Below are positions 51,301 to 64,000 of a stretch of 64,000 nt of DNA, one piece after another. The notes beneath the pieces were generated by a model that saw only the letters and a list, made by a program, of their open reading frames with translations, ran no database searches and was not told the DNA's origin. Origin of the DNA: Balanoglossus misakiensis (taxonomy: Eukaryota; Animalia; Hemichordata); assembly GCA_040954595.2 (NCBI GenBank), contig CM082576.2, forward strand, positions 9,675,129 through 9,739,128, written 5' to 3'. The translations under genes and the position numbers were made by a program. The first letter of the stretch is position 1. Each line of letters begins with the position of its first letter.

Positions 51301-54300
51301 CAAATCTCAAGGTTGCACAGACACTTTTTTGATGCCAGGTGAACCGAGTCCCGTTTGAATTGAAATTCTTGCGAGGATGTATTGGTTTTGTTTTTTGTCA
51401 GTGATGTGAAAAAGGTCAGCAAAAAGTGTGAATGAAAACCTTGTTTAAACATTCAACAGAATGCTACCTTTCACAAGAATTAATTTGAAGCAGAATTTCA
51501 ATTAAAGTGTGTTCTTTGAAACTGGCAATATACCGGTATATTTGTTATTAATTAACTCCTCTTATAGTGTCTGTGAGGTCCTGTCCAGTTGTAGCGGCAA
51601 CATACATGTAGTGTACATGTCATGATTTTGTGTTTATTTCTTTCTGGTTTATAAACATAATTGCATACATGTACCTGTACAGTATTTTTTTTGTTTGCAC
51701 TGCCATTTTCCCCTAAAAAGACTAAATTACTGATTTTGTGCCATTACTGAAGGTTGTCGCAGAAACACCCATAGTATAACTATTCACTATTGGGTGTGTG
51801 GACGCAGTGATGTGGGTAATATCTCTATGTGTAAAGTTTGCCTTTCTTTCGCCCGCTTCCAATAACGCTGAAAAGATCCTTTTATCTGACAATTGTCATG
51901 GATCATAAAATGGGGACATAAAAACAGGAAAGATGTAGGGCTTCAATTATTGAACGAGAAATGATAGGTCTCCTGAAACGATACATTGTTCAAGTTTTTT
52001 TTACGGCAGTGCATGAAAAAAGCAAGGAGGCAACTGTCCGTCTGATGTGCGTGGTAGTTAATTTCCATGTACGATGTCCAGTGGATGTGTGCGAGTTGAG
52101 CTGTGACAACCAGTACATCATGTACATGTACATACTGGATGCGGGTGTCTCTTTTGGCTTGAAGACCTGGGGAAAGGGCAGTTTGTGGCAACATTACACC
52201 AGGTGCCTTTGTAATGAGTGTACAAAAAAAAATAGCTGTGTACGTGTAGATTCAGTCATTAGAATGGCGCTTCTCGAGGCGACCCTGTGACCTTTGGTAG
52301 AAACAACGGTTCTTACCCATGACTGCAGTGTTTTCAATTCAGGTCAGAATGTGGTGGTGATGAATCCCCAATTTCCATGATTCAAATTAAACCTGTACAT
52401 GTACGTGGCCCTAATGATTTGCAAGACTTTTTCCAAAAGTTTTGCAATTGACTGTCTCATGTTTAACGTAAACTTTAAGTTGCCATGACATTCAGGGACA
52501 TGTACATTTGTACAACACAAGCAAGACTAAATTTGAATAATATTGTCGTATAAACTACCAGTGTTTGTGTTTCCATGCATTTTATGTTTACGTCAAAGCT
52601 GCACGGTCAAGTTTGATCACAAAATATTCATATACATGTACCAATTTTTTTTTAAAACAACCAACGTACATGTTCAACCCATCTTGCCAAAAGGCTTGGG
52701 GTGGGATGTGGGTTTCTCCAGCCTGTATGCAAATGTAAGGTCTGTGAAAAAAAAATAAAACTTCCTTGTCTGAATCTAGGATAAATCTCTCCATCAACAA
52801 TTCATTTTGCTTAAATGTATATATTGTACAGTACAGCTGTGTTGTTGCCCGCATTATGTCCAGCTACAAAAAGCCAACAAAAGAGTTTTGTCAGTCGTAA
52901 AGTTTTTCCGCAGACAGCTCCCAGTCAAGCAACCTGTTGAAGAATAATTCTTCCAGCGCACTCTTTTCTTGTGGCCATTGTGTGTACACTGTATGGGTTG
53001 TTTGGACAATGCGGCATTATTTTGGGGACGTTGTCTTGAATGGATATGGTCCATGACAACAGGGCCACTCCGCAGCCCAGAAGAGGTTGCATTCATCGGT
53101 TTACCCTCAATCGAGGACAGGCCTATGTGTGCACTCAGTCGGCCCTTCACTAAATGTAGTATTAATAATGGCAAACACGCAGAGATGTATAAACTACATT
53201 ACTAGCCTAGGTGCAAAGTGTGTGTGTGCGAATACAATACTTTGTGGACAAGAAATTTCGTCTATATCGGGACCTGGATAAATACGACAGCAGACAGCGA
53301 CCAGCTGCTATCTGTGTCAAACTTTGTTCGGACGTAAACATGTCTACACCTTTTGTTTGCCTGCAGATTTGTCCACCACTACAGCTGCACCATATAATTT
53401 TATTGCATTGTGAGTGTACTGACTGTCCTTACAGTGTAGCACTTTCATATGAACTTGGGTTATTCACCACGTACATGCCATTTTGTACGTGTGCATATAA
53501 TTAGAAACGATAAACAACATCCATGTTTGTTTCATCTTGTATTGTCCTGGGTGTTTGAATAGTCGTTGATTGAAAATTAGAAAAATGTACAATTGTGATG
53601 ACGATCTGTACATCTGTACATTGAAATCATACAAAATGTAAAAGTACATGGGTACAATATCATAATTTGAAATGTATACATAAAATGTATCTCCACAGTA
53701 CGTGTGCACTTACGTGTACCATTGTATACAAAGAGCCCAGTGCGTGTGTTTGCAATTTGAAAGAAAAATATCTATAAAAAAAGACATGACTTGGTGGTTT
53801 CATTTACAAAATTGTTTTTGCATTTGAGCCATGAGCATGACAGAAAACGACTGACGTGTTTTTTACTGAGTATCCCATTTCGTGTCTTCTTTTTGTGTGT
53901 GTGTCATTTTGATGACGTCAAACCAAGATACGTGTAGATCGGAATGAATAGCGCAGAGATGGAGAGTGGAATGACTTCTTTTCATCGTCGGTGATGAAAT
54001 GTGGGCAGTTACAATGTAGGGTTTCGGAAGTGTCAATGAAATCGTATTCCCAAGATGATACGGTGTATACTTCAGTGGTCACAAGATGTTATGATACTAC
54101 TTGGGAGGAAAACATGAAGATTTTGTCTGAAAATGATTGCTGGTTTTCAATGCATAAATGAACATATATTTTCCCACATACATATACTCATTTCCAAATT
54201 ACACGGTATATGTTGATTGTCCAAATTTAAATTAAGAATAAAACATCTAGTTTAATCTCGGATTTCAGACTAGACGATATTAGTTACACTTATGGCAGCC

Positions 54301-57300
54301 TCCTGGCGAAGTCACTCATGGGTCAAAGATATCAGATATTATCGGATACTGTTGATTGTTTTGTCTGGTATCTTCCAGGCCTTTAAATGAGACGATGCCT
54401 GTGTATCGACATGTACACACATGAAGAAATAAATAAATTATATCATTGCGTACAGCAGGTACCTATTGATGGAACCAAATTTCAAATGCCAGTTATATTC
54501 CGTAGTCATAGCAAGAGCAGGAGTGGCCATCTTTCAAGGACACATCTTCTCGAAGACTGTGTCATCTTTACATGTACTTGTGGCATCATTAGGAATGGGA
54601 GTACGTGTACAGTGTGGGGAAAGGTGAAGGCGTTAGGAACAATGGACGATGGGGTTTTATTTAACTTGGAGATTTCCCTACGCCGTGTAAACAAGCTGGC
54701 AAGATGACTTGGCAGGTTTAGCTGATACACGAAGAAGAGATAAATAAATTACCCATGCATGGAAAGACCTGATTTGTGTAAATTAATTTTTCATCATGAT
54801 TCTGAATAATTTACCTGATTTCACACATCATCCGTGGCATTCAGATTTGATACACTTCAGCCATGAACTTTGGTATCCTTGGCGATGGATTTTGTGAAAT
54901 ACACTGTATTGCAGATTCTATTGAATATGTAGTGAGAAAGTAAATTGTGCGTGGAGCGCATATATTCCATTCTGTGAACTTCTGATTATGCCGTACTGAG
55001 CGCCCAAACAATATGTGTAAACCTTGCCTGGAAAGTGTAAATATGAGAGAAAGTACCAATATTTACCGATCGACATGCATGAAAGGTGTGATCAATAGTC
55101 GTCATAATTACCTGTGGCTGTACATGAACATGTATGTAATTGTGTTACATTAACATTCTAATACAGTGTACGCTGTTCCATTTATTGTGACCCACAACAA
55201 ACCCAGTAATTCAGGTCTTTTCAGAGGTCCCAAGGTGTGTATTTTGCATACACCAAGAACGCCCCATTTTACATGACCCTTGGGGAGATTAAATCCAGGA
55301 GACAATGGACGGACATAATTTCCTTTCACTGTGTCTCTCTTCCCCCCCCCCCCCCCCCCAACATTTCTACCTCTGGTCATAGATGGGTGTACATGTACTG
55401 TTCACTTCAGCATTGTGACTGTATAGAACTTAGATCTTGTTGACCTCGAAGGCTCATAAATATCGATTTTCTTGTCCAGTTGTTGTGTACTGATTAACGT
55501 ATGGCCCTCCTGGCTGCGACACTGTTTCCAAAACATCAACTCGGGTTCGAGGTGTGGCCGTCTCACCCTTTGAACACCGTGTCAACAACTGTTTTACCCA
55601 ACAGTGCAGGGTGGGTTTTTTGTTTTGTTCTGTCAAACAGCTGCAAAGTTCAGCTGCCATAGTAAGTGTATTTGTACACACACACAGAGCATCACAGCAT
55701 TCAGTGGGGTCGCAGTTGTTTCTCGTGGCGACGTTGTTTGACCGCGCTAACTGAGGGACGCGCTCTAGTCTTAAAGTTAACTTTGCCACGGCCAAGTCTA
55801 ATGGTCAATGTCATTCGCTATGGTAGTGTCAACAGGTGTGAATGCCGGAAATGAGATTGATTTTCACCTTGAGAGCTTTCTTCGCGGAGGAGTTTATTAA
55901 GATTGATTGCATGCAAGACGATGAACAAATACCCCTACATGTACCCCCCCCCCCCAAAAAAAAGAAAGAGAAAAATAGTTTCTTTTACAATCCACCATGC
56001 CAGAACTGTGTTGGTGAAAAAATGGTATTATACAAAATTGAAACGGTCATTTTGAGGACACAATATTTTTTTTTTGTTATATCCAAGGTGCAACATGTAG
56101 AATGCATTACTTGACATAACTACAATAGGCATCATGAATTATAAATAATCCCATTCCATTGGATTGGAAATTGGACATGGTCGCCCACGACAGGAAGAGT
56201 ACTGTTAGTGTTTTTCCGGACTTGTATGTCTAACATTGTATTAAATTGCCCGCTGATCATTCGGATTGCATCAATAATTCAAATACCAGCCACTGGCATT
56301 AAAACTCCAGTACAAAGGGGGCACGCAGGCTTAAGCGTTTCCCCCGATAAAAAGTCTTAAATTATAATAGATTGCCATGGTAGCATAATGAATGTGTTCA
56401 TGCTCAGTTGTTAATGCCACGTCACTTGCGTGATTTGATATGTACATTACTGTAATGTACATGCTCACTGTTTGTTACGTAGATTATCCGGGTAACGTGA
56501 CCAACAAGTTGCACACATATCAATCATTTAAAACCGATTAGATGTATACTTTAGGACAAGGTTAATAAATGTGTCAGGTTGTTTATATGATTATATGGAA
56601 TTAGAAAAATATGATACATATTTGATCTTGTCGAATTTATTGCTTGTCAAAAATGTTTGTAGGGGTAATACATGTGCTTTTCATGTATGAAATCCCATTG
56701 TGCCTGGCTCTTGGTTGTATTCCGTTCAACTGAACGTGGCAGATAAAAAGACAATTTATTTTTCTGTACATGACCGTGTGGAACTGGAACTTTACAAAGA
56801 ATCAGCATGACCTGTGGTGTCTTATTCACGGTACATGCATCTGCACATTCCACAACTCTAGAATGCAGTTGTCATGGGTGGACACGACAATGGTGCCTTT
56901 AATTGCATTATTACATCAACACGGTCACGCATCTGTGAAAGTGATGTCTTCATGCAAACTAGTACCGGTACTCAGTGTCCTGCTGTGGAATATAAGACTG
57001 ACCTGCACCAGTCCAGAATAATATATGCGAGGTTTTGAACATGCCTTTTCTTGAATATTATCAGTTTTGCAAGAAGGGCCACTATGCTACATGTACATTG
57101 TATGTAAGAGAGTGGTGGGGTACCTTGATAGCATGTCCCCCACCGTCGTGTATGTTCCATTCACTGATACAGCTGCATCTTTGTTTTCTCTCTCTTTGTA
57201 TAACAGAAACGACAGGCAGAAGACAAGCCACCGCTTAAAGCACGACACACGTGGAGTGATGTGGACGATAATGCTGAGATCAAAGTGTACAGACACACTA

Positions 57301-60300
57301 AGGCATCGACCGGTTCTAGAGACCAGTCACCAGATACAGGTTGGTCATGTTGAGCTATGCCCCTCCAGGATCTGCTTGATTTTGATGATGATTTCTGTCT
57401 CTATATTTGAAAGTACATGTACTTCTTCATTTGAAAAGTACATGTATACAATAATACAGTTCAGGTAGACACAAGCGTGGGATGTTAAAATTTTTCATGA
57501 TCCTGTGATTTTGCATGCTGTCTTATCCACATTGAAAGATTTTGCCTACGAGAAGTGATTTTCGGGGGGAAACTCTACTTTTTTTTGCCTGCTGATCTGG
57601 AGTCTTTCAAATGCTCTCGAAACTGCCCCTGTCTGACACCCTGTCACACATTCCCTCAACCTTTAGGTTCCGGAGCTGGAGGGTCGTATCGTCAGATCCA
57701 CCTGAACAAGCTGAAACGAGAGCGCGAGCGTCCGTCCTTCAATGCCTACACTGCGGGACTGGGGAGCAAGAATGATGAGTCGCCAACCGGCCACGGAACT
57801 TCGTCCACTGATAGAGGTGAGTTGCGTCTTCGCTATCCGATGGGAGTTTCAACCTAAAGTGGCGTTGTTTGGTACAGATTCCATCGGTGTAAGAGGAACA
57901 GTCGGTTCTTGTTCTTTGTGTCAGGAGTCTGTTGTGTGTTCGGAGTCTGTTGATCGGTGTGCGGATTGTGTTCTTGGATGAAGAGTGTGTTGTATGTTGC
58001 TCGGCATGTTTATGCTTGAAAACAGAGTGGTGTTTTTTATAATATGGTTCCAGATCGTGATGTGAGGACAAATCACAATACATGTATGATTTCCAACACA
58101 TATAAGGTTTCCTTCACATCCAGTCTCCCCCCCCCCCCCCCCTCACCTTGCTTTCAACCAATGCTGGCGTTAATTTGCAACTTCATTTATTTACATTTGA
58201 TTATTTTCTCTTTTCCTTGTGTTTGTTTATGTTTCCGTTATCGTTCTTTTCCCCGTTTCGAAGATTGGCCGGGATGGAAATACACCAATGGGACCTCTTT
58301 CAGTGATATCTTTGGTAAAATGTTTTGCCTTTTGAGTTGCTGGTATGCTGTGCTGCACTTTTAACCTTTGAACTTATAACCTCTGAACTAACCCCTGTCC
58401 CCCATTAACTGACAGTTATTAACTTTAACTCATAAGGAGCGTAACTTCAAGAAGTTAAGCGGAATATTCTACAGGAAATAACTTGTAGCAGTGAGCTTCA
58501 AGGAAAACACCTCCATGGAATGCATTAATTAATTCTCGCTATTATTAACCAAGGCAACAGTTGCTCCACAATGCTGAAACTCACGACACATGGCTGTAAA
58601 CTACACATGTTCCTTGATTTGTTCCCTTGTTCTCGCATTTGTTGTGTTGACATTGAATGTTTCCGTGGTAGAAACTGTTTTCCGTTGAAATATTTCTCAA
58701 AATAATCCAGTTGCTATTACATACATGTAGATATAGCTGATAAAGAATATGCACCTATAAAATTGTGTCTTCACTATTGCGCATAGTCATAGGAACATGA
58801 GAATTTCTGTTGCACCTATTTTTGTGTGACCCTGCACCTTAAATAAAAAGCTCGTACTAAGCGTGAAAAAAGGGGCAAATTCCATCACCTTATCTGCACG
58901 TACAGTGAAACATTTCATGTTGTTCAGTGTAGAGCAAATACATTGTTTGATGGGATATCGGCATTGATGCGTGGCGGGGCCATTGCCTGTGTTAACCTTC
59001 GATCTCTGGGCGTTAGTCTGCCCCCATAAATGCCCAGTGACACTGTGTATAAACAAAACAAAAAACAACATTTAAAGGCTGTGTGTACATTGTATTGCCG
59101 GCGAAATGACATTCAACTCGAGGGGAGTGGGTGTGGTGTGTTGTCACTGAAGTGAACCATAGGTGTGGTTGCACTCCAACATAATTTGACGTGGAGACTC
59201 TATAACAGTTGCCGTGACCTCTGATGGTAGCCTCTTGACCTTTTCCCTTCTCCGCCATTCTTCACTTCAAGAACAGGTACTGAAAGAGAAGAAGGCGGTT
59301 GACATGCCCCAAACAAGGACAGAAAAAAAGGATCCTTTCTTTAGACACTTGTACTGAACTATTGTTGATACTAACCGCTGCCGTTTGTGTGTTGTTGTGT
59401 TGTTTTTTCTGTGGTGTGTGGTTTGGTCTGGTTTGTTTGTTCGTGGTTTTATGTTTGTTGGATAGATAGCTGTGGCCATCAGTTATACTAGTATACATAT
59501 TTGTACAAACACACTCCCACACACACTTTAAAAATGTGTAAGACTAAGGCCCCCCCCCCAGTTCATTTCTGCTTTAGTGTAGTGACATAATGAAACTACA
59601 GAAATGTACCAATGTATGTACTAAAAATATAGTCAATGTATTAACAATTGGTAATTATTGTATGAGTACAAGACTTTGATACCTAACCACGCAAAAAATA
59701 GGTACCTAATGAATTCTCACAGTTTATATCCACTGAAATCTGTTGAATGTCGTGAAATTAATTGCCCTGTGCTGTCAGTTTAGTACATTGCCTGTATTTT
59801 CTGACCACTAATAAAAATTTCTTCCAAAAATGCAAGAAACCCATCTGTCAAAATGCCATCATGCATATTGACCAATGAATACACATGTGGCATACAATTA
59901 CACTTTAATTCTCCCTTTAACAGTGCAGTGTTTCACACTGGCCGAATTCAATGTCAGACCCCCACCCCACACCACACCACTGTACCCTGACGTGTCCATT
60001 GCATGGTGTCATCCCACAACAGGTGACACAGACATCCTGTCCAGCACGGCCAACAAGAAACGCGGAGTCGGGCGGCAAGACAGCAAGGACAGGGATGACA
60101 AGTACTTCCCGTCGTTTGGCACCAGCAAAGATGAGGAGTTCCTGCGCAAGAGTCTGGCCAGCACCTGGCCAAGTCAGGACAAAGACGCATCTATCTCCAG
60201 GAAAAGAGTTGATCCACTTTCAGGTATACCTCTAGTGCCACTTTATTGTGACAGTTTAAACCGTTTTGAAATTGTCTTCCATGTTATGAAGGGCGATCTG

Positions 60301-63300
60301 TGTCAAACAGTAAATTGTTATACTGTGATTGAGTACTTGTATCATAAATGAACTGTTTTCGTGCGGTGGTGTAGTTACGACTGTGTCAATAACAAAAATC
60401 AATCATAATTGATTCACATATCTTCCAATTGTGCATTAGTGTTTCCCCAGAGGATAAATCAGGGTGATTGATAATGAAACTAAGTAATTAATAGTTAATC
60501 ATCTCCTACGAGTCCTAGGCTTTCTGTCAGCAGTGTGTAGAGAGAGCGTTAGGTCATTTTAATCATTCACGTGTATTGGCCCAGTAAATCCGGTAGATTT
60601 CAACGGGAGCTGCAGTGGGAGTTGGTCAGATGTAGTGTAGGCGACAGCATAAAAAAAAACATGTCGCCGTTCCCTACATCTGATTTTAATCAGATTGTAT
60701 TTGGCTGTGTGTGTGACTTACCTGTTTCAGTCTGACGTCACAGAAAAAAATTTCTATGGCTTAAAATGTAAGTGTGGTTTTTGCGTCAAGTGACTTAGAC
60801 ATTTTTTTATACCTTTCTTTTTTCTCAGAGCCAACCACTCCGTCCACTGCATACCCTCCTGAATGGCCTGGATCCGAGGAATCGCCCAAGAAGAGCAGCA
60901 AAGTGAATCAGTCGTCGATTCCCCTGAAACCAGCCTTAGCCCGATCGGCGACCAGGAAAACCAAACATGTGCCTCCGCTGGATTTGAACGAGAAGGGACA
61001 CAAGCCTTCCGCAGGGATTGAACACGAGCGGGCCAAACTGCATCTCGCGGGCCTGAAGAAGGACGACGACTTTGACGATCTTGATGACAGTGACGACGAT
61101 TTTTATGTAAGAATTATTTTTTTTTTTTTTTTTGGGATAGGGTAAGGCTTAACTGGACTTCATCGGATTTTATTAACATCTAACATCGTGTTTTGTTTTA
61201 AAATTTATTGTCCAATGATCATTCTCTTGAAACAAAGCATTAAAAATACCTTTTCTTTTTTCCAGCAAATGCAGAATTCCCTGCAGAGTCTCCGGAACAG
61301 CGCCGCCAGGAAGCGGGCTGCTCGGAGAGCCGAAAACTCGAATGGGTCGAGTCGCACCACGTCCAGGTCGCCGTCACCACCGTTCGATGACAGCGGCCAC
61401 TACAGCGTTCTGTACGACAGCCTCGATCCCTCACCAAAGAGCACACCAAAGAAGAAGGGGTAGGAATGAAATTCTGGTTCTCTCATCTCTCAGAAATGCC
61501 TTGTGAAATTCTGATTTTGTGTGTGCATGTGTGTTTAAAATAAAATGCAATTTATTTTCCTTCCACAAAAAGAACCTGAAAACTCAGATGCCTCTATTTC
61601 AAAGAACAGTAAAGTTCATGTTGGCATAAATGATAATCTCATGTTATGTTGCATATCAACAAGTTATGCAGGTATTGTGGGCCCTAAGGATTGATACTCC
61701 GTACTCACAAAAATTCCCTGAGTACATTCATTCAAACCTTTCACAAGTTACCAAAGAAATGACGTGTCGTCTTATTAATCAGAGATAAGAATGCTATATG
61801 TGGAATTGGTGTCATCGTGCCTCTCAAGGTTTGTTGACCGCCTCCCGTGTTGTTTTTCTTCCGAAGGAAAAAATCCAATGAATCGCCTTTCAGTAACAAG
61901 CCGCGGGTGGCCCGACACTCCAACAGCGAGAAAGAAAGCCCCGAGAACAGCAGCCGGGAGATCGAGCCCAACCCGTTCGAGTTCAGCCCAACCGGCGGGG
62001 TGACGTTCCGGGACAAAGTCAAGTCTGACGTCAGTGTGGTGGGCCAAGGATACGGCAAGCAGGACGCTCCGAGTAATAATGTCGCAGTGCCGGTCGCTCA
62101 GCCCAGGTCCGATTCGCCGCCCATACCGACCCATCAGAAAGCCAACGCCAGGGAAAGACGGAGACAGACCAAAGGTGAGTTTGTACATGTAAGGGGGATA
62201 TCTCGCCGAGTAGGGTGACATAACGAGACGTCTCAGTACTTGAGCGTTTTCTGTTCTGTTACAGTTTCCGTTTTTGTTGTTGTGAAGAAGGCACTTTTGT
62301 AGGTTTCCCATTTTCATGCAAATTTGCGCAGTGCATTGTCACCGCGGCTGACAACAGAATGAAAGGACTTCATCCTGCAATGTTGTACGCTGTTGTTAAG
62401 TTGAAGAGAAGAAGTCAACAGTATTTCCTGCAGAGTCGCCCGTTAGTAGAGAGACGGCTGCTACAGAATTCGTGATGGCCCCTTCACAGACTGGCGTGTT
62501 TGCGTCTCTGAGAACTCACGACTTTCCTCTCCGACTCTTTCTCATCACAGGCAACATGGTGTCTCCTCTTACCATGGCGTCGATGAACCACCCGGGACCC
62601 GTAGATAACGATGACCTCAGCGAGGAAGTGGGCGTCATCGGGAAAGGTACAAATTAGTGACAATTAATTATTTACTTATATTCTTTTATTAAATAAAACG
62701 TGCAAAATTTAGTAGTCAATTAATGAAAGTGAAACTCATAATAAAACATCATTGGGTTGACGGAACTGATTAGCAGTGGGTTATCAGAGATGATGTATGC
62801 GTGTATCGTCTTGGATGCCCGTGAGTGTTCGAGATTCCACATCGTGTGTGTAGTTTCCAACCGTTTTTTTGCTATCTCTTGAGGATTCTCAAACGCTGCC
62901 TAGCGGCCCGGTTCTCGTGTTGTGTTCAAATCTCCAGCACTTCAGCGGGTGGGTGGCACTGGGGTATAATTTTTCGATGGTTGAAACCAAGATTCTTCAT
63001 GTAATTCTTGCCATTCCTCAGGGGTGTTTGGCACCAGTTACGCTCCCCCGTCTCAGGAGTATGGAGGCGACAAGTCCAAGCGAGCCAACAACCGGAAGGA
63101 CTCCGAGACCGGGCGAAGCAATCTGCCGAAAGGCGTGTATGGTGTCTACGGCGTCGGGATGAAGCAGTCCAACAGCTTTGACGACAACGACAGTTCTGAT
63201 GAGGAGGTAAGCCCTCTCAGCCCCTCTATCACAGCTTATCTGTCGCTCCTAACAAACACACTCCATCCCTGCCAAGGTGGTAGTGTTTTTCTCGAGTACA

Positions 63301-63691
63301 TCGTTCAGATAAAATTTGTTTACATTGATTTTTTGTAAATAGTGCATGAGTGTGAGAACTGTAGGATTCCTGTGTTAGTTACGAACGATCACAGGCAAGT
63401 ACAATCGGTGGCTTTGATGGCTTCTAACGATGCGCCCGGAATGTTCCCAACAGGACCCGGCCAGCATTTCCATGTCCAAGTCCACCAAGGATAAGGTGGC
63501 CAAGAAGCAGCAGGAAATCGAGCTGAAGAAAGCGGAGAAGCAGGCGGAGAAGCAAGCGGAGAGGGAGAAGCGGCAGAGGGAGCGGGAACTCTGGCAGAAG
63601 CAGCAGGAAAGGGAGCGGGAGAAGGCCCGTGAGCAGCAGCGGGAAAAACTCAAGGAAATGAAGAGCTTTGCGGAAGACATTCCGATCGACT
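48314..63691 (+). CDS. TOGARAM1: TOG array regulator of axonemal microtubules 1 (crescerin/FAM179B/CHE-12 family), 3'-partial; continues beyond the window
   Basis: Exons 48314-50233, 57207-57339, 57667-57816, 60023-60223, 60829-61106, 61266-61459, 61867-62174, 62551-62646, 63022-63206 and 63454-63691, all GT-AG and phase-consistent (~1234 aa in window). The 1920-nt first exon encodes two HEAT/TOG arrays (e.g. LLDDVNFKV, LGDNQIVIRQ, HRNSRVREE, LLTFPSYDFD, DPKRKVRQASLEAFAVLA, AVQARLARRQLP, GLVEYS). Linker motifs SAGK..KLPWE and LRNSAARKRA are recalled from the family. The C-terminal TOG domains are not in the window. Confidence 0.92.
50257..50292. repeat. (TACATG)n near-palindromic short tandem repeat at the start of TOGARAM1 intron 1
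   Basis: CATACATGTACATGTATATGTACATGTACATGTATG. Confidence 0.85.
58264..58314 (+). other. Candidate 51-nt symmetric (phase 1-1) cassette exon of TOGARAM1
   Basis: Long polypyrimidine tract, then GAAG|ATTGG...TTTG|GTAAAA. Inclusion keeps the frame and adds DWPGWKYTNGTSFSDIF. Confidence 0.45.
60626..60682. repeat. Short imperfect inverted repeat in a TOGARAM1 intron
   Basis: TCAGATGTAG..GGCGACA..A-rich loop..TGTCGCC..CTACATCTGA. Confidence 0.6.
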
Positions 63692-64000
63692 GTGAGTATA
63701 GATACATGTAGTACCAGCGTGGCACCCCCCCAGCAAATGCCATTCCCATCAGGAGCGCTTCATAAACCAACACACTTGTGTGCTGACTGACATATGTGTA
63801 AGAAAAAAAAAATTCGCCGAGTCCATTTCCCGGAGTCACTTCATGCGATTATCATTGAAACTCGTGACGTGATTTCGTGTACAATATTTGCACAGCCTTG
63901 GTTTGTGTGCGGACTTGATCTCTTCCATGTCAGTCAACGTCTACGGCGCACATTCCGATAGTCTTTCACACGTCTGGTTTCGAGAAGTTTGGCCTATCCT

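Noticed and set aside
1-64000. tRNA, rRNA, or transposase/reverse-transcriptase coding sequences
   Set aside because: None recognisable by eye or in the ORF track; tRNAscan-SE, Infernal and RepeatMasker would be needed to exclude degenerate copies.

Overview
This window is eukaryotic DNA from an invertebrate animal, judged from spliceosomal GT-AG introns, microsatellites and apparent mosaic CpG content; the species cannot be determined. Left end: a complete 10-exon UBR7 gene (minus strand, 795-5360) lies head-to-head with a 3-exon PPC/DUF296-domain gene (5686-6566). Right end: the 5' part of TOGARAM1/crescerin (48314 onward) runs off the window. The ~41 kb between them is CpG-rich and almost free of recognisable genes, except for two tandem secreted prepropeptide ORFs on the same strand (35539-36192 and 44220-44648). 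Each has a signal peptide, basic cleavage sites and 3-4 two-cysteine rings. Three rings share the core C-[MI]-P-G-[MS]-E-F-S-[FH]-[YF]-C and differ mostly at synonymous codon positions. I do not recognise this family. It is the best candidate for an undescribed system: a family of disulfide-cyclised neuropeptide- or hormone-like peptides. Exon boundaries were derived by eye from splice consensus and frame continuity; no database searches or predictors were run.
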